A model generated the notes under the pieces. That model made no database searches. It was not told where the DNA came from and worked only from the letters and a program-made list of their open reading frames with translations. From a virus (lineage: Duplodnaviria; Caudoviricetes), in the IMG/VR virus record IMGVR_UViG_3300025390_000022, positions 1 through 35,128 of that record: DNA of 35,128 bases. The stretch is one strand, 5' to 3'. The position numbers were made by a program, and so were the translations under genes. Positions within the stretch are counted from its first letter, which is position 1. Each line of letters opens with the position of its first letter. This document shows positions 6,465-16,200 of the stretch, piece by piece.

Positions 6465-9407
6465 ATGGTATCATTCCATAGAACAGCCAAAACTCCGGAT
6501 GCCTTTAATCTACAGCCTGCAGGCAGATCCACAAGTCTCACCAGTATATATGTGGGCTTTGTGAAAACTGTGTTGGATCAGCAGTACATGGGGCGTATAC
6601 AGGTTTGGATTCCAGAAATCAGTGGCGATGTCAATGACAAGAGTCAGTGGTTTACCTGCAGCTATGCCAGTCCGTTTGCTGGCGCCACCAGCATTACCAA
6701 AAACACTCACGGGCCAGCATGGAACAACAGCCAACGCAGCTATGGTTTTTGGTTTGTGCCACCGGATCTGGAAAATGAAGTAGTGGTATGTTTTGCCAAT
6801 GGTGATCCTGCGCGGGGCCTTTGGTTTGGTTGCCTGTATCAACAGAACATGAACCACATGGTGCCTGGTATACCGGGTGATCCCAGTACCAATGGTCTAC
6901 CAGTTGTGGAATACAACAAAATTCGTCAAGACATCACAGTCAACACAGCCGTGGGACCAATATACACTCCATTGGCAGATCAGTTGAAGATACAGGGGTT
7001 GGAAAAGGATCCCTTGCGTGGAACCTCAACCAGTGGTGCAAGGCGCAGCCAACCTGCCAACGGTGTGTATGGCATATTGACTCCTGGTGCCAATCAGTTT
7101 GTCATGGATGATGGCGCAGATGGTGCTTACATACGGCTGCGCACACAAAGTGGCACAGCCATCACAGTGAGTGAAACTGACGGCAGTATCTATATGATAA
7201 GCCGTGACGGCAACAGCTGGATGGAACTGGGAGTTGATGGCAGTATCAACATCTATGGCAGCAATAACCTCAACATACGCACACAGGGCATTCTCAACCT
7301 GCATGCTGATCTGGATATCAATATTGAAGCTGGTCGCAGCATCTACATGAAGGCCAGAGGCGATGTCAACAGTGTGGTTCTCAATGCTGCACCAGCCACT
7401 GCTGCTGACAGCGGACAGATTGTCACTGCCACCACCAGCAGCAATGCCCAGGTGCCGGCCATTGCTGTGTCAGACACACACGTGACCATTGCTGCACCCA
7501 GCAATGGCATTACCGGAGAGTTTGTGCCCGGCATGACCATAACTGGCATACCATGGAACAACCCCACATCAGACACTGCTCCGCCTACCCCAGCACCCAC
7601 ACCTGCAGTGCCAGGCAGTGGTGCACCCGTGGTCCTTGTGGGGGACACAGCAGCAGGCGGCATAGCTGCCACACTGGCAACCAAATATCCTGGCACACTG
7701 ACCAACATCATGCCAAATGTGCTGAGCAGCAGTTTGGACAGCACCATAAAAAGCACGCCAACACTGCAGAATGCACAGTATGCAGTGGTCAGCGTGGGGG
7801 ACTATGACACTCGCAGCACAGAAACTTCAGCTGGACAGCTGAGCGAAAGCCTTGTGTCCATACGTCAGAGTCTCAATGCCAAATACTACATTTGGATATT
7901 GCCTTTGGATCCCACAGCACATGCCACTGTATATGGTTTTGCCACTGGAGTGGGAGATGTGCCTCAGGCACAGGTTTTGGACTATGCCACAGGTGGCACA
8001 AACAGCGCTCAGTTGGCAGACAACGTGCTTGGCAACATTGGCCAAATAGTCACACCAACACCTCCTGACAACATCACCAGCACTGCTACCACAGTGCCTG
8101 CTGCACAACCCAACGGTCTGCTGGCCAGCGTATCTACCAATGATGATGGCAGCATTACCTATCTCAATGTGACTTTTGCCAGTGGCAATCAGAGCATAGT
8201 CAGCAATGCCAGTGTGATCACTGGTACTCTGCAGAATCCCACTAGCAATGTCACAGTGCCGCAAACCAACAACAACAGCACTGCTCCTGGTGTGATCATG
8301 TTCAACGCCAATGCCACCATGCATGTGACCAGCGGCAGTGACATGTTCATACAGAGCGGTGGCATCATGGCTCGCACCAGTCAAAGCAACATGTTTGACT
8401 ATGCCTACGGCAGCTATGATCTGGCCGTGGGAGGATACCTCACCATGCAGAGCAATGGCCTACTGAGCATTGGCACTACCAATAACATGCTGATTGGGGC
8501 CAACCGCATAGATCTCAATGGCCCGGCTCCACAGGCTGCCAAGGCCGCACCGGCTGCGCTCAAACCCATTGACTCACAACAGCAGGATGTGCTGGTGGTG
8601 GGCCCGGGCTCATTTGACTTTGTGTTGAAAAACACCATAGTCAGCCAGCTGGTGACTCATGAGCCCTATGGTGGACATTCGGCCGCAGCTCCTGGATACA
8701 GAGGACATGTGGACCAGGGCACGGCCATTGATCCCAACACCGGGGCTCCGCTACTGCAGGGTCAGGTGGTTGGCGGTCAGACCATTCCCCTCAGCATCAA
8801 TGGCACGCCCAACGGCAACAGTCCGCCTGGCATGTATGAGGGTCAGGGCTACAGTGCCAGTGGCCAACCGCAATATGCCAACACTGGTCCTGCTGAAGGA
8901 CAGGTGCCCCCGGGTACTCTGCAGCTGAGCAATGCAGGTGCACAGTTTATTGCGGCCTTTGAAGGCAAGAAAAGCACAGTGTATTTGGACAGTGCCAATC
9001 TGCCGACCATTGGCATAGGACATCTGCTGTTGGCAGAAGAAAAGGCAGGCAACTATGTGATTATTGCTGGGCAAAAAAGACCGCTGCCTCCGCAGGGAGG
9101 ACCTCTGACTGATGCTGAGATTGTGTCCCTGTTTCGTCACGAGCTTGAGCGGTTTGTTCAGATCGTGCGCACTCAGATCAAGGTGCCGCTGAGTCAAACA
9201 CAGTTTGACATGTTGGTGAGTTTTGCCTACAACGTGGGCAATATCAATGCGCTGGCAGCTGTGATCAATACCAACAATTACAACGTCACTGACATTTTCA
9301 TGCAGTTTGTGCATGCCAAGGGTGCTGTGATCAAGGGTCTAGTGCGACGACGTCAGGCTGAAGCGGCCAATTTCAGTGCAGGCAAGATCATCAACCCTGG
9401 TGGTTGA
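6465..9407 (+). CDS. gp5: gp5/VgrG-like baseplate central spike with C-terminal GH24 lysozyme, 980 aa
   Basis: OB-fold motifs MGRIQVWIPE and YGFWFVPPDLENEVVVCFANGD; beta-helix repeats (GSINIYGSNNLNIRTQGILNLHADLDINIEAGR); lysozyme E-x8-D-x5-T triad in FEGKKSTVYLDSANLPTIGIGH, plus QFDMLVSFAYNVG and GLVRRRQAEA. Confidence 0.88.
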   Translation: MVSFHRTAKTPDAFNLQPAGRSTSLTSIYVGFVKTVLDQQYMGRIQVWIPEISGDVNDKSQWFTCSYASPFAGATSITKNTHGPAWNNSQRSYGFWFVPPDLENEVVVCFANGDPARGLWFGCLYQQNMNHMVPGIPGDPSTNGLPVVEYNKIRQDITVNTAVGPIYTPLADQLKIQGLEKDPLRGTSTSGARRSQPANGVYGILTPGANQFVMDDGADGAYIRLRTQSGTAITVSETDGSIYMISRDGNSWMELGVDGSINIYGSNNLNIRTQGILNLHADLDINIEAGRSIYMKARGDVNSVVLNAAPATAADSGQIVTATTSSNAQVPAIAVSDTHVTIAAPSNGITGEFVPGMTITGIPWNNPTSDTAPPTPAPTPAVPGSGAPVVLVGDTAAGGIAATLATKYPGTLTNIMPNVLSSSLDSTIKSTPTLQNAQYAVVSVGDYDTRSTETSAGQLSESLVSIRQSLNAKYYIWILPLDPTAHATVYGFATGVGDVPQAQVLDYATGGTNSAQLADNVLGNIGQIVTPTPPDNITSTATTVPAAQPNGLLASVSTNDDGSITYLNVTFASGNQSIVSNASVITGTLQNPTSNVTVPQTNNNSTAPGVIMFNANATMHVTSGSDMFIQSGGIMARTSQSNMFDYAYGSYDLAVGGYLTMQSNGLLSIGTTNNMLIGANRIDLNGPAPQAAKAAPAALKPIDSQQQDVLVVGPGSFDFVLKNTIVSQLVTHEPYGGHSAAAPGYRGHVDQGTAIDPNTGAPLLQGQVVGGQTIPLSINGTPNGNSPPGMYEGQGYSASGQPQYANTGPAEGQVPPGTLQLSNAGAQFIAAFEGKKSTVYLDSANLPTIGIGHLLLAEEKAGNYVIIAGQKRPLPPQGGPLTDAEIVSLFRHELERFVQIVRTQIKVPLSQTQFDMLVSFAYNVGNINALAAVINTNNYNVTDIFMQFVHAKGAVIKGLVRRRQAEAANFSAGKIINPGG

Positions 9408-9421
9408 TGACCGCATCTAGC

Positions 9422-9444
9422 AAAAAACCCTGGTATCACCAGGG
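9422..9444 (-). terminator. Hairpin with U-tract on the minus strand (intrinsic terminator-like)
   Basis: Plus strand AAAAAA-CCCTGGT-ATC-ACCAGGG: 7-bp stem, 3-nt loop; the A6 run becomes U6 after the stem on the minus strand. Confidence 0.5.
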
Positions 9445-9451
9445 CTAAATA
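9444..9451 (+). promoter_or_regulatory. Late promoter-like GCTAAATA
   Basis: Intergenic, 27 nt before ATG 9479, with GAGG between. Confidence 0.7.
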
Positions 9452-9478
9452 TCTCATAGACAGAGGTATCGCTGCCAT

Positions 9479-9877
9479 ATGGCCACCATTGCACCACAAA
9501 GAGTTTTCTACGGTTTCAGCACACTGGATACCACTGCCAAACAGCAGACCTTTGCTGATGTGCCTTTGATACAGAGAGATCTCTATAATCATTTCAATAC
9601 TCTCAAAGGTGAGAGACTGATGATGCCGCAATATGGCTGCAGCATCTGGGACTATTTGTTTGAACCCTTTGACGATGCTGTGGTACAGAGTGTGGCAGCC
9701 GAAGCCACCCGCATAGTCAATACTGACAGCCGTGTGCAGCTACAGAGTCTGCAGGTAATACCCTTTGCCAATGGTATGATTGTGCAGATGCAACTGTTTT
9801 ACCTGCCATTTGGGGTTACCAACACCTTTAGTGTACAGTTTGATCAAGACGCAGTAAACCTAGATGCAATAGGTTGA
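9479..9877 (+). CDS. gp25: Baseplate wedge subunit gp25-like, 132 aa
   Basis: KGERLMMPQYGCSIWDYLFEP and DSRV motifs; size and position. Confidence 0.9.
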   Translation: MATIAPQRVFYGFSTLDTTAKQQTFADVPLIQRDLYNHFNTLKGERLMMPQYGCSIWDYLFEPFDDAVVQSVAAEATRIVNTDSRVQLQSLQVIPFANGMIVQMQLFYLPFGVTNTFSVQFDQDAVNLDAIG

Positions 9878-9889
9878 TCGGGAAAACAC

Positions 9890-12800
9890 ATGGCAGTTAG
9901 TCAGCAACAACGTCAGAAGCAGCTGTTTGCAGCAGAAGATTGGCAGGTAATCTACACTGCGTTCACTCAGGTCAACTTCAACGCCTATGATTTCCCCACC
10001 ATACGCACAGCTATGGTGGAATACATTCGCCTCAACTATCCAGAAGATTTCAATGACTGGACAGAAAGCAGCGAATTTGTGGCCATTATTGATCTGCTGG
10101 CCTATCTGGGTCAGAGCTTGGCCTTTCGCATGGATCTCAACACTCGCGAAAACTTTCTAGACACAGCTCAGCGTCGCAGCAGCATCTTCCGCTTGGCTCG
10201 CATGCTGAACTATCAGCCTCAGCGCAGCATACCCAGCAGTGGCCTATTGAAGATCAATCAAATAGTCAGCAACCAACCAATCTATGATGCCAACGGGCTG
10301 AATCTACAGAACACGCCCATCAATTGGAATGATCCCAACAATGCCGATTGGCAAGAGCAGTTTACTCTGGTGCTGAATGCCACACTTAACACCACCAATT
10401 ATGTGGGCAATCCCAGCAAGAGTGGCATCATCAACGGCATACCCACTGAACTCTATGCCATGAACAACACAGCTATTCCCACCAGTGTCATAGCCTTTTC
10501 CGCTGTGGTGGGTGGCAATAGCATGGCATTTGAACTGGCCAATCCCGATTTCAACGCAGCTTCTAGTGGCAATCCCACAGTGCTTGGTACCAGTGGTAAC
10601 TTTTTTGAGCGCACACCCAATCCTATCAACAGCTGGTATTTGATATATCAAAACGATGGCAATGGCTATGACAGTGCCAACACAGGGTATTTCCTCTATT
10701 TCAAACAGGGTACCATGGGATATGCAGACTATCTCTTGGAATTGCCCATTGCCAATCGTGTGATAGATGTGAATGTCAATGGCATAAACCAAACTGATGT
10801 CTGGGTGCAGAATATCAATACCACAGGGCTGGTCACAGCTGATTGGACAGCTGTGCCCAATGTCAATGGCTTCAATGTGATCTACAACAGCCTACAGAGC
10901 AGCATACGCAATATCTACAGTGTGATCACTCGCGACAACAATGGCAATGATCAGATCAGTCTGCGATTTGCTGATGGCAATTTTGGCAATGTGCCCATAG
11001 GTCTGCTGCGGGTATGGTATAGGGTCAGCAATGGACTGCAGTATCAGATACGTCCCACTGACATGACCAATCTCAAGTTCAACTTTGGATATAACGACAG
11101 GTTGTTCAACACCTACAGTGTGGCTTTCAATAGCAATCTGCAATACACAGTGGCCAATAGTCAGACCGCACAGACCAATCAGCAGATACAGCTGTCTGCT
11201 GAACAGGTATATTATACACAAGATCGCATGGTCAATGGCGAAGACTACAATCTCTTCCCACTGCAGAGCAGTCAGGCTCTGAAGGTCAAGGCAGTGAATC
11301 GCACCTACAGTGGACAGAGTCGCTATCTGGACATCAATGACCCCACTGGCACTTATCAGAACATCAACGTATTTGCTACCGATGGCATACTCTATGAGGA
11401 AAGTGATCTCAATCAACAGCAGGTCACCATAAATGTGGGAACCCCCAACCAAGTCTATGTGATTGACAACATACAACCCATGATCAGTGGTGGGTCTGGC
11501 TTTGAGAGCGATGCTATAGAGCTGCAGAACTTCTACTACTATAATTTTGCTCGCTACACAGCACCTGGTCTGTACTGGAAACAGGTCAGTGCTGCCACAG
11601 GCAGCAGCACGGGCTCATTTGACATTGGTGGTGTGGCGCAGCGGCTGGGAGCCAGTGCTGCTGCGGGATCCGCAGAGCAATATATTGCCAGCGCCAGTTT
11701 GATCCAATACACCACTGTGGGCAATGTGTCAGCATGGACCAGCGTGGTCAGTGTGGTGGGCGATGGCACAGGCCTCAACAACACTGGCGTTTTGGCCAGT
11801 GGTCTGGGTGCTGTGACTCTGAGCAGTGTGCCGGGGGACCTCAGCACAGTGACCAGCATCTGCGGACCATGGGTCACTACCTTCACCACTGATGAGATCA
11901 GTGCCATAGCAGCGGCCATGAATGCCACACAGACATTTGGCATAGGCTATGCACCTCAGACACAGACTTGGTATGTGATTACCAACAACAATCTGGCCAT
12001 AGGCAACAGTTGGAGTGAAACCTATGCACAGGATACCACTGGAACCAATCGTGACAACAGCTGGTTGGTCAGAGTGATATACAACATTGGCAGCTGGATC
12101 ATACAGACCAGAGCTCAGCGCTATGTGTTTGAAAGCGTGGATCAGGTGCGCTTTTATTTCAGCAACGAACGCAAGACTCTAGACAGCAGCACAGGCAGGG
12201 TACTGTATGACACTGTGACTGTGCTGAAAGTGAATTCGGCACCATTGCCACCTGCTCCTGCTCCGGCACTGGGCCAAAATTATCAATGGCAGATCTATGG
12301 ACAGGAGATTTATCCTGATGGCTATGCTGATCCGGCCAGTGTGCGAGTGACGTTTGTCAGCACACAGAATCCCATATTGCCCGACGATCCTGATGAGTTT
12401 ACCATAATAGTCAACCCCTTGGTCACCCCGCCTCCCAAATATGTGTTCTGGGTACGCTATACCAGCGCAGAAGGCTATCAGTATTATCAGCCGGTGAACA
12501 TCAGTGACAATCGTATATACAGCACCCCTCTGCAGGTACCGCAGCCACCTCAGGGCAACTGGACCCTAGGCGAGTTGGCCTATGTGATCAGTACTGCAGT
12601 CTTTCTGCAATACAACGGCACAGTGTTAGTGGATGTCACTGTGGATTACAAGGTGCGAATTGGTCGCAACAACATCAGCTATCTGTGGAAGCACTTTGCC
12701 ACATATAATCAACGCATCAATCCTGCAATAATGAACATAATTGACATCTTTATTCTCACGGCACCCTATAATGATGCACTGCGCAACTGGATAGCCATCA

Positions 12801-13294
12801 ATGGCAGTGCAGATACCAGACCCACCCCGCCCACAGTTGATCAACTGAATAATACCTTTGCTTATTTTGAGCAATACAAGATGATGACTGATCAGATAGT
12901 GTGGCATCCAGTGACCTATAAGCTGCTGTTTGGTGCACAGGCACAGAGTGAATATCAAGTGCTGTTCAAGGTTGTCAAAGTACCGGGTACCAGTTACAGC
13001 GACAATGAAGTGCGTAGTTTGGTCAAAGCACAGATAGACAGTTATTTTGATTTGGCCAACTGGGACTTTGGACAGAATTTTTTCTTCACTGAAATGAGTA
13101 CCTATATACAGATGAACCTAGCCACCATCGTGGCCACGATAGTCATGGTACCTACCAATGGCTCTGCACATTTTGGTGACTTGTTTGAGATCATAGCCAA
13201 TCCAGATGAGATCTTCATCAGCTGTGCCACGGTGGCCAACATAGTTGTGGTAAGCAGTCTCACAGAAGCACAGCTGGGAATAAGCAATGGTTGA
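9890..13294 (+). CDS. gp6: Baseplate wedge protein gp6-like, 1134 aa
   Basis: AYDFPTIR, EDFNDWTESSEFVAIIDLLAY, ENFLDTAQRRSSIFRLARMLNY, RFADGNFGNVP and QDRMVNGEDY motifs; follows gp25. Confidence 0.85.
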   Translation: MAVSQQQRQKQLFAAEDWQVIYTAFTQVNFNAYDFPTIRTAMVEYIRLNYPEDFNDWTESSEFVAIIDLLAYLGQSLAFRMDLNTRENFLDTAQRRSSIFRLARMLNYQPQRSIPSSGLLKINQIVSNQPIYDANGLNLQNTPINWNDPNNADWQEQFTLVLNATLNTTNYVGNPSKSGIINGIPTELYAMNNTAIPTSVIAFSAVVGGNSMAFELANPDFNAASSGNPTVLGTSGNFFERTPNPINSWYLIYQNDGNGYDSANTGYFLYFKQGTMGYADYLLELPIANRVIDVNVNGINQTDVWVQNINTTGLVTADWTAVPNVNGFNVIYNSLQSSIRNIYSVITRDNNGNDQISLRFADGNFGNVPIGLLRVWYRVSNGLQYQIRPTDMTNLKFNFGYNDRLFNTYSVAFNSNLQYTVANSQTAQTNQQIQLSAEQVYYTQDRMVNGEDYNLFPLQSSQALKVKAVNRTYSGQSRYLDINDPTGTYQNINVFATDGILYEESDLNQQQVTINVGTPNQVYVIDNIQPMISGGSGFESDAIELQNFYYYNFARYTAPGLYWKQVSAATGSSTGSFDIGGVAQRLGASAAAGSAEQYIASASLIQYTTVGNVSAWTSVVSVVGDGTGLNNTGVLASGLGAVTLSSVPGDLSTVTSICGPWVTTFTTDEISAIAAAMNATQTFGIGYAPQTQTWYVITNNNLAIGNSWSETYAQDTTGTNRDNSWLVRVIYNIGSWIIQTRAQRYVFESVDQVRFYFSNERKTLDSSTGRVLYDTVTVLKVNSAPLPPAPAPALGQNYQWQIYGQEIYPDGYADPASVRVTFVSTQNPILPDDPDEFTIIVNPLVTPPPKYVFWVRYTSAEGYQYYQPVNISDNRIYSTPLQVPQPPQGNWTLGELAYVISTAVFLQYNGTVLVDVTVDYKVRIGRNNISYLWKHFATYNQRINPAIMNIIDIFILTAPYNDALRNWIAINGSADTRPTPPTVDQLNNTFAYFEQYKMMTDQIVWHPVTYKLLFGAQAQSEYQVLFKVVKVPGTSYSDNEVRSLVKAQIDSYFDLANWDFGQNFFFTEMSTYIQMNLATIVATIVMVPTNGSAHFGDLFEIIANPDEIFISCATVANIVVVSSLTEAQLGISNG

Positions 13295-16200
13295 TAAACG
13301 CAGAGTCATATCGCTACTGCCAGCGGTCAATCAAACTGACACGTTGACCAAGTTCTTCTCGGCCACTGTGGACCACATGTTCCAGCCAGAGAGTGTGGAG
13401 TTTCTTGGTGGTTACATAGGCAGCAAGCCTGTCTACTATGATGCAACCAAAGATTTCTATGTAGGTGAACCAACCAAGAGCCGGCAGGACTATCAGCTGC
13501 CTGTGACTGCGGTCAGCAAGAACCAAAGCAGCGGCATTCCAACCAACATCATGTTTTATCATGACTATGTCAACAGCCTGCAGTTTCAAGGGGCGCTGAC
13601 CACCAATCAGACCAGGCTGTTTGAGCAGGAATACTACAGCTGGAGCCCACCTATTGATCTGGACAAACTGATCAACTTCACAGACTATTACTGGGTGCCA
13701 TTTGGTCCAGCACCTATTCTCTTGCTGAATCCCACAGACCTGCGTGCTGATGCAGTGGGACAGCCACACTATACCTATAATGGTGCCTATCAGCTGACTG
13801 CCACGGGTGAGACCAAAGTTGGAGCGCTGACATTCAGCACAGGTTTGATAATCACCCCCACAGCTGACACAACTGCAGCCATCAACGGCACCAGTTTTAT
13901 TATCAACAATGTGGGCCGCAGCATTCAGCTATTGAACAACAACGGTTACATTGATCCCAACTGGGATGATCGTGGTTGGGATGTCACCGGTTGGGATGGC
14001 AATGCTGCTGTGTATGTCAAAGACTATCTCACTCTTGGTAGGGCGCCAAACCCCAGCAACCAGTGGAGCCTAGCCAATCGTTGGTTCCATATAGCAGTGC
14101 TCACAGTCAGCGGCACACTGGCCACCACTGTGTTCCAAAGCCGAGCTGCACGTCCAATCATTGAATTTGATTATGATCTACAGCTGTACAACAGCGGATT
14201 CAAAGGCCGTGCATCGGTCAGTAACATATTGGACAATGTGCCAGATGTGTTTGGAACCATAGTGGGTCAGACCAGCTATGTGATCAATGGCAGGCAGTTG
14301 ACCGATGGTGACACAATCTTGGTGGTCGGTGACAGTCATGCAGATGTCAACAATCGAGTGTATCAGGTTGGAGGTCTCAATACTCTGGGTGTGATCACGC
14401 TCGCACTGGTGGGCGGCGCGCCTCTGCTGGGTGATGCCATATTGGTTCGCTATGGCACGCTGTCTGTGCAAAACATCAGCTACACCACAGCAGTGCAGTA
14501 TTGGTACAACGGCATGGCCTGGATCATGGCTCAGCAGAAGAATCAGTATGCAGCTCCGCTGTTTCAACTGTATGATCTCTATGGCAATGCACTGAATGAT
14601 CCCAGTGTCTATCCCAACAGCACCTTTGTTGGCAACAGTGTGTTTACCTATGCAGTTGATGTGCATGCTGCCATAGACAGCGAGCTGGGTATACAGCCGC
14701 TGCGTGACCAATTTGGAAACTATGTGTACAACAACACACTAGTAACAGACACATCAACTTACGTCAGCAATGGCACAGTCACAGCCATTGTGGGCTATCA
14801 ATACTATCGCAACAACACTCTGCCGGTACCCCAGTACAACAATGCTTGGTACCGCAGCCCTGTGCCCAGTAGGCAGTACATTGTAAATGATTTCACAATA
14901 TCTCTGCCCACCGCCAGCTTCACCATAGATCAGGTACCAGAAGCCAACCCCGGACTGCTGCCCAGCATCTATGTGAATCTCATGGCCAACGGCCTCACTA
15001 CACAGCTGGTTCAAGGCACGGATTACACAGTATCTGGTAACACTGTGACCTTGGCTGTGCCCGCTGTGGCAGGGCAACGTGTGCTGATTCGCAGTTGGAA
15101 CAACCGAGACACGCCCATCAACACTGTGGGCTTCTATGAATTGCCACCAAATCTCACAGCCAATGCCAATAATCAACAGGTGCAGACAGTCACGCAGAGT
15201 CAGTTTCTGCAGCACTTCACCAGTATCATAGAGAATCAACCTGATTTCAGTGGGTCACCGCTGGGTGTCAACGATTGGAGAGACACCGCACAGATACGCG
15301 GTCTGGGCCTGTATATTCTGCAGCACAAAGCGCCTTTGATCAAACCCATGATACTCAGCAGTGGCAACATCACTGTGGGTGTCAGCACAGTGCTGAACCA
15401 CACTGAGCCCATGCAGGTCATGCAGTATGCACAGAATCAGTATGTGCGATTCTACAATCGCTTCATACAGTCGCTGTTTCAACTCAGTGCCAACGGCTAT
15501 ACTCTCAATCAAACGCCCGATGTTTGGGTTTCCACTGCACTGAGACAGATCAATCTGGGCAAGAGTCCCAACAGTCCCTGGGCCAACAGCGGACCAGATG
15601 GACCTCAGGCTGGCTATACCTATCTGCGCAGCACTGCTCCAACCTATGTGCCTCCAACTGGAACCAGATTGGGAGTCAGCAAGGCCTATCAGCCCACTGT
15701 GTCACAAGAACCACAGACTGTGGGCTACAATTTGGTCATACAGTGTCATGATGGTGCGCGATTTGTCATGGCCAAAGACGGCCTGCCTCTGGGCTCAATC
15801 AACTATGGTCTGGCATCAACCAGTGATCCGCTGTTGCTCAGCAATCCTGTGGCCGCAGCTTGGCTGCAGTTTGAACTGGATCTGTTCAACAACATGCCGG
15901 ATGCCTACAGCAATCCGCAGGCTCAGCTGGCCTTGGACATAGTGGCATATCTGCCAGGCAAGTGGCGTCGGGGTCACTACACACAGAGCGAATATCTGCA
16001 GGTCACTTATCCCATGTTTGACCGCTGGGTTACCACTTATCAAGTGGATTACCGAGCCAACACCACATACAACATCAACGATCCATTCACTTGGAACTAC
16101 AACAACATACAGGATCGCGACGGTCAGGCAGTGCCAGGCTACTGGCAAGGCATGTATCGTTGGTTCTATGACACCGACCGACCACATCTGGCACCTTGGG

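Noticed and set aside
2634-13294. Bacterial eCIS/T6SS/tailocin locus instead of a phage
   Set aside because: The gp55-like sigma, late promoter motifs, homing elements and giant wedge protein point to a large lytic myovirus; no T6SS membrane complex or eCIS ATPase is seen.
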